A stretch of DNA of 64,000 bases from an uncultured Candidatus Saccharimonadales bacterium (GCA_964467655.1 CAYXSN010000003.1:34714-98713), one strand, 5' to 3'; numbered from the stretch's first letter, positions 9,104 through 18,896 are shown. Notes: generated by a model not told the origin, from the sequence alone. A program made the numbers and translations.

Positions 9104-10164
9104 AGACCCAAAACAATGCTACCGGCCACCAATAGAGGCGTAAGCATCAACAAAACTGCGGTATTTGGCGAGATACCCCCGAAAACCGATAGCACGTTCC
9201 ACAACGACAACGCAATTATCCCAGCCGCCAAATACGGAAAAGGGCTGCCCTGCTTCAACCGTCGACCAGAGGGCTCAATGAATTGGGCCACCGGCTCAAC
9301 ATCAGCCGCCGGCTTATACGATTGGTTTTGCTTGCCAAATTCCCGCTGCATCATGTTGGCGATACCAAGCATTTCAGTGATTTTGCTCTTTGTCGGCGTA
9401 AGCGCCCCGGGAATATAGGCATAAGCCACGTTATCTACCAGCTCAAAATCACACGCCACTGCGGTAGTCATCATTGCGTGCATGACGTCTGGTGTTAAAA
9501 AGACCAAGGCATCGCGCTCATAGTCCTTGGGTGCATACACTTTGAAGGCTTGGGGGAAATCGCCCTCTAGTTTCAAGTCCTGTTCACGATCAAAACTCGT
9601 CGGGAATGGCTCAAGGGCGTTTTGCTGGTTGTTATGACGATTGTCGCACACAATGTGGGGCACTGGGTTATCGAATCGTACTGCCACCACAGTAAACCGC
9701 CATTCCTGTCTGGAACGGCCCGTTCCTCGACCAACCTTATGATCCCATAGTGCTACATTCCAATCAGACATTTTATCGCGCAAACCATGTTTGACGGCTG
9801 AATCGCCATCGGCAATCCACAGCAAACTCGACTGAGACAAGCCGCCCAAACCTTCACGCTCATACGACCAGCCATTGCGCGCCGCAAATGCTAGGAGTGC
9901 CCCATCCACGTGCTTATCCCAACGAGCCTGAACCAGCAAAGTAGATGCCGCAAACCAACTAACAGCGGCCATCATGACTACAGGCAACCAAGCAGAAACT
10001 TGTGGGAATATGATTCCTGCCACAATAAAAGCCATGCTCAGACCCATTACCCAAATGCCGCGGGTCGTCATGACTGCTTGGACATCTACCAGACCCCAGG
10101 CAAATTGCGGTGACGATTCCGGCAGGTCGGTTAAATCAAGGTCGCGCGCCGATACGTATTTCAT
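9085..10164 (-). CDS. membrane protein, two N- and two C-terminal TM helices around a soluble domain
   Basis: Hydrophobic segments; soluble part LEGDFPQAFKVY...FLTPDVM (possibly DUF3137-like). Confidence 0.7.
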   Translation of the reverse strand: MKYVSARDLDLTDLPESSPQFAWGLVDVQAVMTTRGIWVMGLSMAFIVAGIIFPQVSAWLPVVMMAAVSWFAASTLLVQARWDKHVDGALLAFAARNGWSYEREGLGGLSQSSLLWIADGDSAVKHGLRDKMSDWNVALWDHKVGRGTGRSRQEWRFTVVAVRFDNPVPHIVCDNRHNNQQNALEPFPTSFDREQDLKLEGDFPQAFKVYAPKDYERDALVFLTPDVMHAMMTTAVACDFELVDNVAYAYIPGALTPTKSKITEMLGIANMMQREFGKQNQSYKPAADVEPVAQFIEPSGRRLKQGSPFPYLAAGIIALSLWNVLSVFGGISPNTAVLLMLTPLLVAGSIVLGLWWRGR

Positions 10165-11477
10165 TTGGTGGCTGTCAGCCGCTCCCTCACAGCCATCCGG
10201 GCCGTGCCCAACTCATCCCAAGGATGCTCACCATCAGCTCGCTCGATAGTCTTTTCATGCCCCTTGCCCAGGAGCAAAACGGTATCGCCCTTACCTGGTC
10301 TGGTCTGAGCAATCGCAAAAGCAATTGCCTCGGTCCTGTCATGCACCAAATACAAATCTTGGTCACGTAGCTTGCCAGCATTCTCGGCGCCGCCAGCTAT
10401 CTGATCCATAATCTCTTGTCCGTCCACATCACGATCATCTTCTTCAGTTACCACCACCACGTCAGCCCATTTGCCAGCAATCGCCCCTTGCTTAGCCCGT
10501 TTACTCACGTCGCGACGCCCCGCTGAACCAAACATCACAATGAGCCTGCCCTGTGTGAGTTCCCTCATACTGGCTAAGATTTTATCAAAACTATCTGGTG
10601 TATGAGCAAAGTCAACAATCACGGCAAAGTCTTGCCCTTCATCTATCTGGTTCATGCGACCCTCAACGGTTTTCAGAGCGCCAATACCGTGAACAATCTG
10701 CTCTGCCGACAATCCGAGGTTCTGGCCGACCGCCGCCGCCGCCAGCGAATTCAAAACATTAAATGACCCTGGCAAATGAACATGCACCGTTACCAACCGG
10801 CCGTCCAGCTTCACCCGATAGGTGCTGCCAGCGGCGCCGCTCCTGACATCACGGGCTCGCAGATCGGCACTAGCCGCCGCAATACCGTACGTTACTGGCC
10901 GCACACCTGTCGCCATACAGTACGGTGCGCTCGAATCATCAGCGTTAATAATACCCACTTTGAGCCCGCGTCCAGTGGCCACCTGGCGAAACAGCAACAG
11001 CTTAGCTTCACGGTACCGCTCATAGGTACCATGATAATCAAGATGCTCATGAGTGATATTCGTCACAACCGCCACACTGTAAGGGATTCCCCATACCCGG
11101 TGTTGAGCCAAGGCATGGCTCGTAGTCTCAAGAACCAACCACTCAATGCCCTGACGACGTAGCTCTCGAATGCGCTCAAGCATAGGCTTGGTCTGCATAG
11201 TAGTCATGTGCACGTGGTTGTCGCGCCATGCTCCAGGCACACCGTAGCCGATGGTTGTCATCAAGCCAGTCTTGATGCCGGCGTCATTGAGCATGGTATA
11301 GATCATGGTACTCGTAGTGGTTTTTCCATCGGTACCAGTCACACCAATCACCTTCAAACCACGTGCCGGAAAACCCAGTAGTACATTCCAGAAAACAGCC
11401 TCAAGCAAATGACCGGTCGGCTCAATCGCGCGAAACACGCCCACAGGGATAATAAGCTTTACCAATTTTCGTAGCAT
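10161..11477 (-). CDS. murE: UDP-MurNAc-tripeptide ligase MurE
   Basis: GVTGTDGKTTT, ETTSH, TNITHEHLDYH, VDFAHTPD, GKGHE. Confidence 0.93.
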   Translation of the reverse strand: MLRKLVKLIIPVGVFRAIEPTGHLLEAVFWNVLLGFPARGLKVIGVTGTDGKTTTSTMIYTMLNDAGIKTGLMTTIGYGVPGAWRDNHVHMTTMQTKPMLERIRELRRQGIEWLVLETTSHALAQHRVWGIPYSVAVVTNITHEHLDYHGTYERYREAKLLLFRQVATGRGLKVGIINADDSSAPYCMATGVRPVTYGIAAASADLRARDVRSGAAGSTYRVKLDGRLVTVHVHLPGSFNVLNSLAAAAVGQNLGLSAEQIVHGIGALKTVEGRMNQIDEGQDFAVIVDFAHTPDSFDKILASMRELTQGRLIVMFGSAGRRDVSKRAKQGAIAGKWADVVVVTEEDDRDVDGQEIMDQIAGGAENAGKLRDQDLYLVHDRTEAIAFAIAQTRPGKGDTVLLLGKGHEKTIERADGEHPWDELGTARMAVRERLTATK

Positions 11478-11495
11478 TAGCTGTAGAATAGCATT
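11478..11495. promoter_or_regulatory. bidirectional overlapping -10 elements between divergent murE and Nudix-like genes
   Basis: + strand TAGAAT-N6-ATG; - strand TGC-TATTCT-N7-ATG; only 18 bp between the start codons. Confidence 0.6.
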
Positions 11496-11906
11496 ATGAC
11501 AACACCTCAGGCCAGCGTCATATTACTCAGGCCGGACGGCGCCCTTATCTTGCAACTCGACCCCCACGCTTCCGACTATTCATCAGAGTTTCCGCTCGCA
11601 CATCCGTTTCAGCTCGAACTCTGGCCAACCGAAACCCCGGTGCAAGCTGCCGCCCGTAGTCTCCTCCAGCACACCAACCTTGATCACGACCCTGCCCAAC
11701 TCATTTACTGGCGCACCTACAGCCCGGTGCACTTGTTTATCAGACGCCTCGAACATCCGCGAAGCTTACGGCTACACCGACGGGCCCAAGCCGTTACCGT
11801 CCACGGACCCCGCGACCTCGGCCGTCTCAATGTCGACGGCCTCACCCGCCGAGCAATTAGCGATTATTGGCTCGGGTTGCCGTCAGTACAAAAAGCGCTC
11901 GCGTGA
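11496..11906 (+). CDS. Nudix-fold protein with a degenerate Nudix box
   Basis: ASVILLRPDGALILQL, ETPVQAAARSLLQHTNL (cf. ExxxxAAxRExxEExG). Confidence 0.6.
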   Translation: MTTPQASVILLRPDGALILQLDPHASDYSSEFPLAHPFQLELWPTETPVQAAARSLLQHTNLDHDPAQLIYWRTYSPVHLFIRRLEHPRSLRLHRRAQAVTVHGPRDLGRLNVDGLTRRAISDYWLGLPSVQKALA

Positions 11907-12950
11907 CCGAACGGCTAACCGCGCCGCCACCCGCTCACCTATTTTGCGCCAAGCCTTGTACGCCAACCCGCCAGCCAATGGCAAATCATAGCAACCGGCA
12001 AACTCAGTGATGTCAGGGTTGAACTTACTCTTAAAGGTATACAACCCGTCTTTGGGATCACCGGTACCCACCTTATCACGATTGGGCGAACCCAAAAGAT
12101 CATACTGGACAATCCCCCGCTCCAGACACCAGCGCATCACTTCCCACTGCACGAGATACGGAGCTTGCAGCTCGCGCTTGATATCAAATGACCCGCCGTC
12201 TTTGTACCAGCCGCGCTGACCTAAGTAGGTCAGAAACAGGCCCGCCAACACATCCCCGTCATGCCGTGCCAAAAACAATTGAGCTTGCCCGACCTCGGTT
12301 TGCGCCTTCCAGTAATCAGTAAAATAATCCTGCGGCCGCAAACCATATTTGGCTCTGGCTTCAGTAGCTTTCATGAGTTCGAACATGGCCTGTAGGTTAT
12401 CGGCAGTCGGTTCAACAGCTTCAACCACCACCCCACCGGCCTGAGCCTTTCTGATGTTACGGCGGGCACTCTGGCTAAAGCTGGCCAGCATTGCCTCTTC
12501 ACCGGCACTCAGATCCACGAAGATCGTTGCTTTGCTGGCCGGGTCACGATTTGCCCGCACCAACCCAGCCTTCGTGAGGGCCGCCGGCTTCACATCATCA
12601 GCCAGCACCTCAGGCTCAAATCGGGCAAAAATGCCCGAAAGCAGGCCAGCTTTACGCGTCTGTTTCACAACCTCAAGATAATCAACCGGCGTGACAATCC
12701 CCGGCCCCTTGGGACAGTACCAGATGGTTCCGACAGCCGGAATCGTCCGCTTCAACCACTGGGCCACCACCAACCGGCCGCCTGGCAGCTCATACACAAA
12801 CCGCTCAGGCCACCAACCCCAGCGAGCTTTAAACTCACCCCAGGTTTTGGTCTGCAACGAATTGCCGCCATCGGGGTTAGCCGCCACCAGCTCATCCCAG
12901 CGGGCCAGTTCATCTTCGGTTGCGTGTCGCATTGCCATAACTTTACCCAT
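11883..12950 (-). CDS. FemABX-family peptidoglycan bridge aminoacyltransferase
   Basis: NSLQTKTWGEFK, YCPKGP, RFEP, ARRNIRKA, YLVQWEVM, GLYTFKSKF; start may be 12938. Confidence 0.9.
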   Translation of the reverse strand: MGKVMAMRHATEDELARWDELVAANPDGGNSLQTKTWGEFKARWGWWPERFVYELPGGRLVVAQWLKRTIPAVGTIWYCPKGPGIVTPVDYLEVVKQTRKAGLLSGIFARFEPEVLADDVKPAALTKAGLVRANRDPASKATIFVDLSAGEEAMLASFSQSARRNIRKAQAGGVVVEAVEPTADNLQAMFELMKATEARAKYGLRPQDYFTDYWKAQTEVGQAQLFLARHDGDVLAGLFLTYLGQRGWYKDGGSFDIKRELQAPYLVQWEVMRWCLERGIVQYDLLGSPNRDKVGTGDPKDGLYTFKSKFNPDITEFAGCYDLPLAGGLAYKAWRKIGERVAARLAVRSRERFLY

Positions 12951-12956
12951 TGTATC

Positions 12957-13319
12957 CTACCTGACGATCGGATTGTGCAACTTCAATCCCCGAATACCTT
13001 CAAAGTCGGTAGTGTTAGCCGTCCACAGCTCAATCCCCTCCACCAACGCCGTCGCCGCAATAATGGCATCTCCTAAGCCGATGTTCCTTATCTGGCGCAG
13101 TACAACAGCCTGATCAATAACAGCATCGGTCAAAGGGAATAGCCGGGCTTCATTCATGAGCGCCAAAATAATATATTGCTCCTGAACCAAGATTTTGTGG
13201 TAACCCAATGTTTCAATTTTAGTAATGCTTGCAAATCCGATGTCAACACCTGCCACACTCGATCGATCTAAGCTTCGGTTAGCCAGGTATATCAAGATAT
13301 TGGAGTCAAGGATCACCAT
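12957..13319 (-). CDS. vapC: VapC-family PIN-domain toxin
   Basis: ILDSNILIY, ITKIETL, DAIIAATA, LWTANTTDF. Confidence 0.9.
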   Translation of the reverse strand: MVILDSNILIYLANRSLDRSSVAGVDIGFASITKIETLGYHKILVQEQYIILALMNEARLFPLTDAVIDQAVVLRQIRNIGLGDAIIAATALVEGIELWTANTTDFEGIRGLKLHNPIVR

Positions 13320-13330
13320 TGGCTAAGTCA

Positions 13331-13603
13331 CTAATCCCGCCCTGGTAGTGGTCGGTCTTGGCGCATTTCTCGTTGCCACGCTATTGGATCCTTTATGTTT
13401 TTCAAGCCCCCAGGCCGTTCGATAGTCTGGAGTTCCTCCAAGAGTGACTGAATCTTCACCCGATCTTGCGGCCGGTTTGGTGTCGGTAAAGCAATGGCGG
13501 TTTTTTCACCAAGATTAAGCCGACCATCGACCACATATGCCTTGGGAACCCTTAGCGCATACGAGTTACCTGTCTTAATAACGGTAACAATATACTTACT
13601 CAT
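13331..13603 (-). CDS. AbrB/MazE-fold antitoxin (VapB-like)
   Basis: VIKTGNSYALRVPK; C-terminal DPIAWQREMR; directly upstream of the PIN gene. Confidence 0.8.
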   Translation of the reverse strand: MSKYIVTVIKTGNSYALRVPKAYVVDGRLNLGEKTAIALPTPNRPQDRVKIQSLLEELQTIERPGGLKNIKDPIAWQREMRQDRPLPGRD

Positions 13604-13650
13604 TGTAAGTACAATTGTATACACATTACCACTAATGTACAATATCATTC

Positions 13651-14466
13651 ATGAAACTCTACTCCTGGAACGTAAACGGCATTCGGGCCGTCATCCGCAA
13701 AGACCTTTTCCACCCCTTCCTTGAAGCCGAGCAACCGGATATTTTGTGCATCCAGGAAACCAAAGCTCAACCCGACGAAATCGTTACCAACGCCGACGGC
13801 TACCACACATACATCAACTCAGCCGAGCGCAAAGGCTACTCCGGCACAGCCATCCTGTCTAAGACTGCGGCGCTCAAAACCAACCCGGGTCTGCCAGAAG
13901 CCATCAAAGCCAAGTACAACATGACCGACGACGCCTACGGCGACCCCAACACCGAGGGCCGTGTCCTCACCGCCAAGTTCGAGCATTTCTACGTGGTAAC
14001 CGTCTACACGCCTAACGCCAAAGATGACCTCTCTCGCATCCCCTTGCGTGAGAAGCACTGGGACCCAGCCTTCCTGGAGTATTGCCAAGGCCTGGAAACC
14101 GGCGCCTTCGGCAACGAGCCCAAGCCGGTCATTTTCTGCGGCGATCTCAATGTGGCCCACACCCCCGACGACCTCGCCCGTCCCAAACCCAACGTGGGCA
14201 AAAAAGGCTACACCGCCGAGGAGCGAGCCGGGTTCCAGGCCTTCATTGACGCCGGTTTTATCGACACGTTCCGCCTCTTCCACCAAGGCAACGGCTTTTA
14301 CACCTGGTGGTCGCACTTTGGCGGCGCCCGGGCCAACAACGTCGGCTGGCGCATCGACTACTTCCTGATATCGGCCGCCCTCAAAGACAAAGTCAAAGCC
14401 GCCGACATCCACCCGGCCATTATGGGCTCCGACCATTGCCCCATCAGCCTGGAACTAGACCTCTAA
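13651..14466 (+). CDS. xth: exodeoxyribonuclease III
   Basis: SWNVNGIRA, CIQETK, GDLNVAH, GWRIDYF, GSDHCP. Confidence 0.96.
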   Translation: MKLYSWNVNGIRAVIRKDLFHPFLEAEQPDILCIQETKAQPDEIVTNADGYHTYINSAERKGYSGTAILSKTAALKTNPGLPEAIKAKYNMTDDAYGDPNTEGRVLTAKFEHFYVVTVYTPNAKDDLSRIPLREKHWDPAFLEYCQGLETGAFGNEPKPVIFCGDLNVAHTPDDLARPKPNVGKKGYTAEERAGFQAFIDAGFIDTFRLFHQGNGFYTWWSHFGGARANNVGWRIDYFLISAALKDKVKAADIHPAIMGSDHCPISLELDL

Positions 14467-14575
14467 AACCCAATCTGGTATAACGAAACGGGACTACAAC
14501 CCGGTAATTGAAATACACCCGTGATCGCCCCGCCCGCGCAGTCATTGACAACGCTACCAAGGAGCTGATCATCAA

Positions 14576-14882
14576 ATGACCCCTTCTTCTACTACCACCT
14601 CCGCCGGTCTGGCCGAGATCCTCACTCAGTCATTCCGCATGAAGCGGCTGCAGGATCTAGCAGATGCCGCAATCATGGATGTACTTACTGCCGTCAGGCC
14701 AACTCGTCGAAGGGCGACAGTTCCAGATTGCCCAATACCTGGTAGGCGGTAAATACCCATTGGCCGAGCGCCTCATCGTCGCGAGCGCGATTGTTGCGCT
14801 GCGCTCAGAGGATCATAGCCACAGAATGTCCTGCGGAGTAGCCAAGTTACTCCTCGCATGTCACGGCGTCACCTCGTCCTGA
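14576..14882 (+). pseudogene. orphan gene, possibly frameshifted
   Basis: AAGGAG RBS and ATG 14576 give only ~58 aa; an overlapping frame runs to 14882, where a terminator follows. Confidence 0.35.
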
Positions 14883-14897
14883 CCTCCACAACCACAA

Positions 14898-14925
14898 GCC
14901 CCGTTCCGCCAGTTTGGAACGGAGC
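14898..14925. terminator. hairpin between convergent genes
   Basis: GCCCCGTTCC...GGAACGGAGC. Confidence 0.5.
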
Positions 14926-14940
14926 ACAATTTATCAGCGC

Positions 14941-15924
14941 TTAGTGTCGGCCTTTGAGCAACCGCCCAGCGCGCTTAATGACTGGCCACGCCCCTTCCCA
15001 AGCAGCATATAGCACAGGCTGCAACGGCCGGTCCCAGGTGCCCACCCAGTCAACTTCCTGAGGTCCAAAACCCTCCTTGAATTGGCTAACGCCTTCGCTC
15101 ACTCGACCATTAAAATCGTACATCTTGAAACCAGCCTCTTGAGCATCGGTAATAGCCTGCCATTTCAGGGCATAATTGGCCTTCATTTTCTGCCCGATCG
15201 CATTCACACCGCCGTACAGCTCAAAGGCCGTCGATCCTGCCGCCGCCAACCACAAGAATGCTACCGGCTGATTCTCAAACCGCGCCTCATACAGCCAGCT
15301 AGCCTCTCCCAGCGAGCGGCTCAGTCTCAGATAATAATCACGTGAATGGATACCAAAACCAGCCCTGGCCGCGGTCTCAGAGTACAACTGGTACATATCA
15401 CCAACCACTCCCGGTTCTAGTCGCCGGATGACCACTCCATCGCGCACAGCTTTGCCCGAATACTGACGATGTTTGCGGCTCATAGCAGCCAACAGCTCAT
15501 CTCTCGGACGCGTCAGATCAATCACATACGTTTGCCGCATTTGTAGTTGATACTGAGCCCGCTTCCAGCCCGGCCAATCCAAAGTCTCTAGCTGCCAAGC
15601 CGGCTCAATGCGCACATACAGAGCACCCTGAGCTTTAGCCCAATCAGCCACAGCCTCCATCAGCTGCCGAGCAAGCGCCGATCCGGGTTCGGTCACAGGA
15701 CCACGAGGCACATACGCCACAGACCATCGCGTCTTGGGAACTGACCACAACAGCACCTGAGCACCGGCTCGCCACAGGTCGCCATCCACAAGTGCCAACC
15801 GCACCGGCCTCCAATTCGGCCGCTTAGCCTCGCCCCAACCCCATAATTGCAAAGGATGGCCGCCAGGATGAGTATTCACATAGTCATTCCAAGCCACCTC
15901 ATCGGTAATCTCAAGCAGGTTCAT
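14941..15924 (-). CDS. second FemABX-family aminoacyltransferase
   Basis: HPLQLWGWGEAK, YVPRGP, RIEP, NYALKWQAI, GVSQFKEGFG. Confidence 0.9.
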   Translation of the reverse strand: MNLLEITDEVAWNDYVNTHPGGHPLQLWGWGEAKRPNWRPVRLALVDGDLWRAGAQVLLWSVPKTRWSVAYVPRGPVTEPGSALARQLMEAVADWAKAQGALYVRIEPAWQLETLDWPGWKRAQYQLQMRQTYVIDLTRPRDELLAAMSRKHRQYSGKAVRDGVVIRRLEPGVVGDMYQLYSETAARAGFGIHSRDYYLRLSRSLGEASWLYEARFENQPVAFLWLAAAGSTAFELYGGVNAIGQKMKANYALKWQAITDAQEAGFKMYDFNGRVSEGVSQFKEGFGPQEVDWVGTWDRPLQPVLYAAWEGAWPVIKRAGRLLKGRH

Positions 15925-15947
15925 AAAGCAATTGTACCACCTAGACT

Positions 15948-15976
15948 TTGACAGACGTGCCCAGTAGCCGTACCAT
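15948..15976 (+). promoter_or_regulatory. sigma70-type promoter TTGACA-N17-TACCAT
   Basis: Canonical spacing upstream of the 16021 orphan operon. Confidence 0.55.
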
Positions 15977-16020
15977 AATCCAACGATTTTACGCCCCCTT
16001 CAACCGAGAGGCTGATTGCC

Positions 16021-16470
16021 ATGGCAGACTCGAGCACCCTCACAACCAGATCCACAAGCGTCAAGCAAGTCATGACTGCCCTCAAGCAGCCACAGCCAGA
16101 GTTCGAAAGCATCCAACAGATACTACAAGACCTAGCGCGCATGCTCCAAGACGATCTGCTTCGTCCCAGTGAAGCCATCTGGATCATACGACAGTTAGCC
16201 CGCATATCGCACGAGCAAGCCACCCATCGCCTGGATATAGCCAGGCTGACTTACGAAATGGCCGACCATCTCATTCGTCAGGCCGCCGAGCTTCACCCTA
16301 GCGCCAACCGTGGCCTACGTCGACTCATTCGCGGCAGCGTTGTAGTGTGTGGCCAACACACACCCTTTGCTGCCATCCAGGTCCGCTACTCACTAGTCGG
16401 CCTCGGGCAAGTTCAAATCAGCGCCATCGAATTGAAATTCCGACCACGCCAACTCTTTAGCGTCTCCTAA
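16021..16470 (+). CDS. hypothetical protein
   Basis: 149-aa ORF, GAGAGG RBS, promoter upstream. Confidence 0.6.
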   Translation: MADSSTLTTRSTSVKQVMTALKQPQPEFESIQQILQDLARMLQDDLLRPSEAIWIIRQLARISHEQATHRLDIARLTYEMADHLIRQAAELHPSANRGLRRLIRGSVVVCGQHTPFAAIQVRYSLVGLGQVQISAIELKFRPRQLFSVS

Positions 16471-16485
16471 ACAGAAAGGCATATC

Positions 16486-16998
16486 GTGACGAGCAAATCT
16501 TACCCAAGCGCCCTGCAACTTGCCACCTCAGACCTACTAGCCACTGCCACACCAGACCAGCTGGCTGGCATCATGAGAGCAGGCCTCAACAATCACAAGC
16601 GCGGCCAAACCAGCACCCTGGAGTATTACGACCACCTGGCTTGCAACATCGTAGCCCGGCACACCGAGGTCAGGCTGGTCACTGCAGTCGGGATAGCACT
16701 CGACTACCTCAGTCTCAGGCTGAGTAGCAGGGGTGAAGCATCATCGAGCGTACCGTACTGCCGAGACATTCAGCGCAGGCTCATGCTAGCAATCGCCATC
16801 CTCAACATCGAGGCCGAAAACATCGGCAACCTACCCGTCTACCAGGATGCCGTCAACTGGGTGATTGGACGCCTCACGACCTCAACAGTGGGGGCGAAAC
16901 GCAAACGGGCGATCGCCCGAGCCGTCCACAAAACGCCATGCACCGACGCTGCTTTACGTAACTGCGTGGGCCTGGTGCTCGATCCTCGCCCCATCTGA
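16486..16998 (+). CDS. hypothetical protein
   Basis: 170-aa ORF, GAAAGG RBS, GTG start, terminator downstream. Confidence 0.6.
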   Translation: MTSKSYPSALQLATSDLLATATPDQLAGIMRAGLNNHKRGQTSTLEYYDHLACNIVARHTEVRLVTAVGIALDYLSLRLSSRGEASSSVPYCRDIQRRLMLAIAILNIEAENIGNLPVYQDAVNWVIGRLTTSTVGAKRKRAIARAVHKTPCTDAALRNCVGLVLDPRPI

Positions 16999-17007
16999 GA
17001 CCAACCC

Positions 17008-17062
17008 GCCCCCGGATATGCTATCACAGCAAAGATAGTGTATCCGGGGGCTCTTCGTTTTT
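17008..17062 (+). terminator. intrinsic terminator with an 18-bp stem
   Basis: GCCCCCGGATATGCTATC...GATAGTGTATCCGGGGGC then TCTTCGTTTTT. Confidence 0.7.
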
Positions 17063-17092
17063 CGGCGAGCTTACGCTATACTAGCCCACGTT

Positions 17093-18136
17093 ATGCTCAT
17101 CCTCGGAATCGAAACCTCCTGCGACGAAACCGCTGCCGCTGTTGTCAAAAACGGCCGGGAGGTCTTGTCCAATGTCGTCGCCTCCCAGATTGATATCCAC
17201 CAAGCCTACGGTGGTGTAGTGCCAGAAGTGGCCGCCCGCAGCCATATCGAGATTATCCTGCCCGTTATCCACGAGGCGCTCGAAACCGCCAATGTCAGCT
17301 GGGACGACATCGACGGCATCGCCGTCACCCAAGGCCCAGGACTCCTCGGCAGCCTGCTCATTGGCACCCTCACTGCCCGCACCCTGGCCATCGCCCACAA
17401 TAAGCCGCTCTACGCCGTCAATCACGTAGTAGCCCATACGTTTGCCAACGCACTTATACCCGATACTGACGGCTTTGAGGCCGATGTCTTTCCGATGCTG
17501 GCACTCAGCGTATCTGGAGGTCATTCTCATATGCTCATCTTCAAATCGCCATTGGAGTACCAGTTGATCGGTCGTACCCGCGACGACGCCGCCGGTGAGG
17601 CCTTCGACAAAGTCGCCAAAATCCTCGGCCTCCCCTACCCCGGCGGTCCAGCTATCGACAAGCTCGCCCCCGAAGGCAACGACCAAACCTATGCCCTACC
17701 CATATCTAAGCTCGACGGATCGCTTGATTTTAGCTTTAGCGGGCTCAAAACGGCCGTACTGCGAACCATGCAATCTGAGGTTGGCGGCGATTTCCGCACC
17801 CCCTCAACCGATCTACCCAAGCTACTCACCGAAGATCAGGTAAAAAATATGGCCGCCTCGTTCCAATACACAGCCTACAAAACCCTTACCCGCCAGCTCA
17901 AGCGCGCCTACGACCAGTATCAGCCAAAATCGGTGGTGATCGCCGGTGGCGTGGCTGCCAGCCGCCGCCTGAGGGCCATGGTATCGGAGGTTATCCCGCT
18001 CGAAATGAATTATGCCCCCATGGCCTACTGCACCGACAACGGTGCCATGATCGCCGCCATGGGCTACTACCTCGCCAAAGCCGGCCGTACTACCGATCCA
18101 CTAACCCTCCAAACCGACCCCAATCTGGCTATCTAA
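17093..18136 (+). CDS. tsaD: tRNA N6-threonylcarbamoyltransferase TsaD
   Basis: ILGIETSCDET, GGVVPEVAARSH, VNHVVAH, SGGHS, DDAAGEAFDK, CTDNGAMIA. Confidence 0.97.
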   Translation: MLILGIETSCDETAAAVVKNGREVLSNVVASQIDIHQAYGGVVPEVAARSHIEIILPVIHEALETANVSWDDIDGIAVTQGPGLLGSLLIGTLTARTLAIAHNKPLYAVNHVVAHTFANALIPDTDGFEADVFPMLALSVSGGHSHMLIFKSPLEYQLIGRTRDDAAGEAFDKVAKILGLPYPGGPAIDKLAPEGNDQTYALPISKLDGSLDFSFSGLKTAVLRTMQSEVGGDFRTPSTDLPKLLTEDQVKNMAASFQYTAYKTLTRQLKRAYDQYQPKSVVIAGGVAASRRLRAMVSEVIPLEMNYAPMAYCTDNGAMIAAMGYYLAKAGRTTDPLTLQTDPNLAI

Positions 18137-18163
18137 GTTATAAACTGTCCCAAAAACGGCTCA

Positions 18164-18190
18164 GCCCCGCTCGTCGATGACGAGCGGGGC
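18164..18190. terminator. hairpin terminator between convergent genes
   Basis: Perfect 12-bp stem GCCCCGCTCGTC-gat-GACGAGCGGGGC. Confidence 0.65.
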
Positions 18191-18213
18191 GTTGCCTTGT
18201 TGCGAAGCGATCA

Positions 18214-18846
18214 TCAGACGGTCGTTGCAGGAACAGGCCGGCCGAGCAACCGGCTCAGGATCGCCTTGGCGTCGGCAACGCCACCAGCTTCGAGGGCCCG
18301 AAGTGCCTCCTGGGCATCCGCACAGCTAGCGGCAACGAGCTGATGGAGCTCTTCGAGCTGCTCGAGAGCGGCGCTGTACTTGGCCTCCAGCGTCCACTGG
18401 CCGACCCCAGACATGCCAGGCCGCCAGCGCACAATGTGGCCGTGGCTGTGAAAGACCGTGCGGCCCATCTCGCAACCATGCAGGTAGTACCACATCAGCG
18501 GCGGCCAAGCAGACGCATCGGAACCGAAGAGGAACTCGAGGAACTCGAGCTCGGTCTTCTCCCAGTCGCGCGGCAGATCTCCTCGCAGAGCATCGCAGTC
18601 CCACGGGACCATCAACCAATGACCATCGTCGGGTACAAGTTGACCTTCAACGAACGACGCAGCCTGTATCAGGTAGCCGGTCGGGGTCTGATGCAGAATC
18701 TCACCGGCCAACACACTGCCATCGGTGGTCTCGTCGAACCGGCAGTTGTCCGGTCGCGCCGGCATCGTTGCTGAGGCCAGCAGTGTTTCATCCGACCCGT
18801 ACAGACCCGGGTGAACCTTAGCAGACATCACGTCTCCAGCGCTCAT
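18214..18846 (-). CDS. hypothetical protein (start uncertain)
   Basis: ~210-aa GC-rich ORF with a helical C-terminus; terminator downstream. Confidence 0.55.
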   Translation of the reverse strand: MSAGDVMSAKVHPGLYGSDETLLASATMPARPDNCRFDETTDGSVLAGEILHQTPTGYLIQAASFVEGQLVPDDGHWLMVPWDCDALRGDLPRDWEKTELEFLEFLFGSDASAWPPLMWYYLHGCEMGRTVFHSHGHIVRWRPGMSGVGQWTLEAKYSAALEQLEELHQLVAASCADAQEALRALEAGGVADAKAILSRLLGRPVPATTV

Positions 18847-18896
18847 GTTACGCACTTCGCAACAGGCTGCCATACAATACCAGATTTCGAGAGTTT

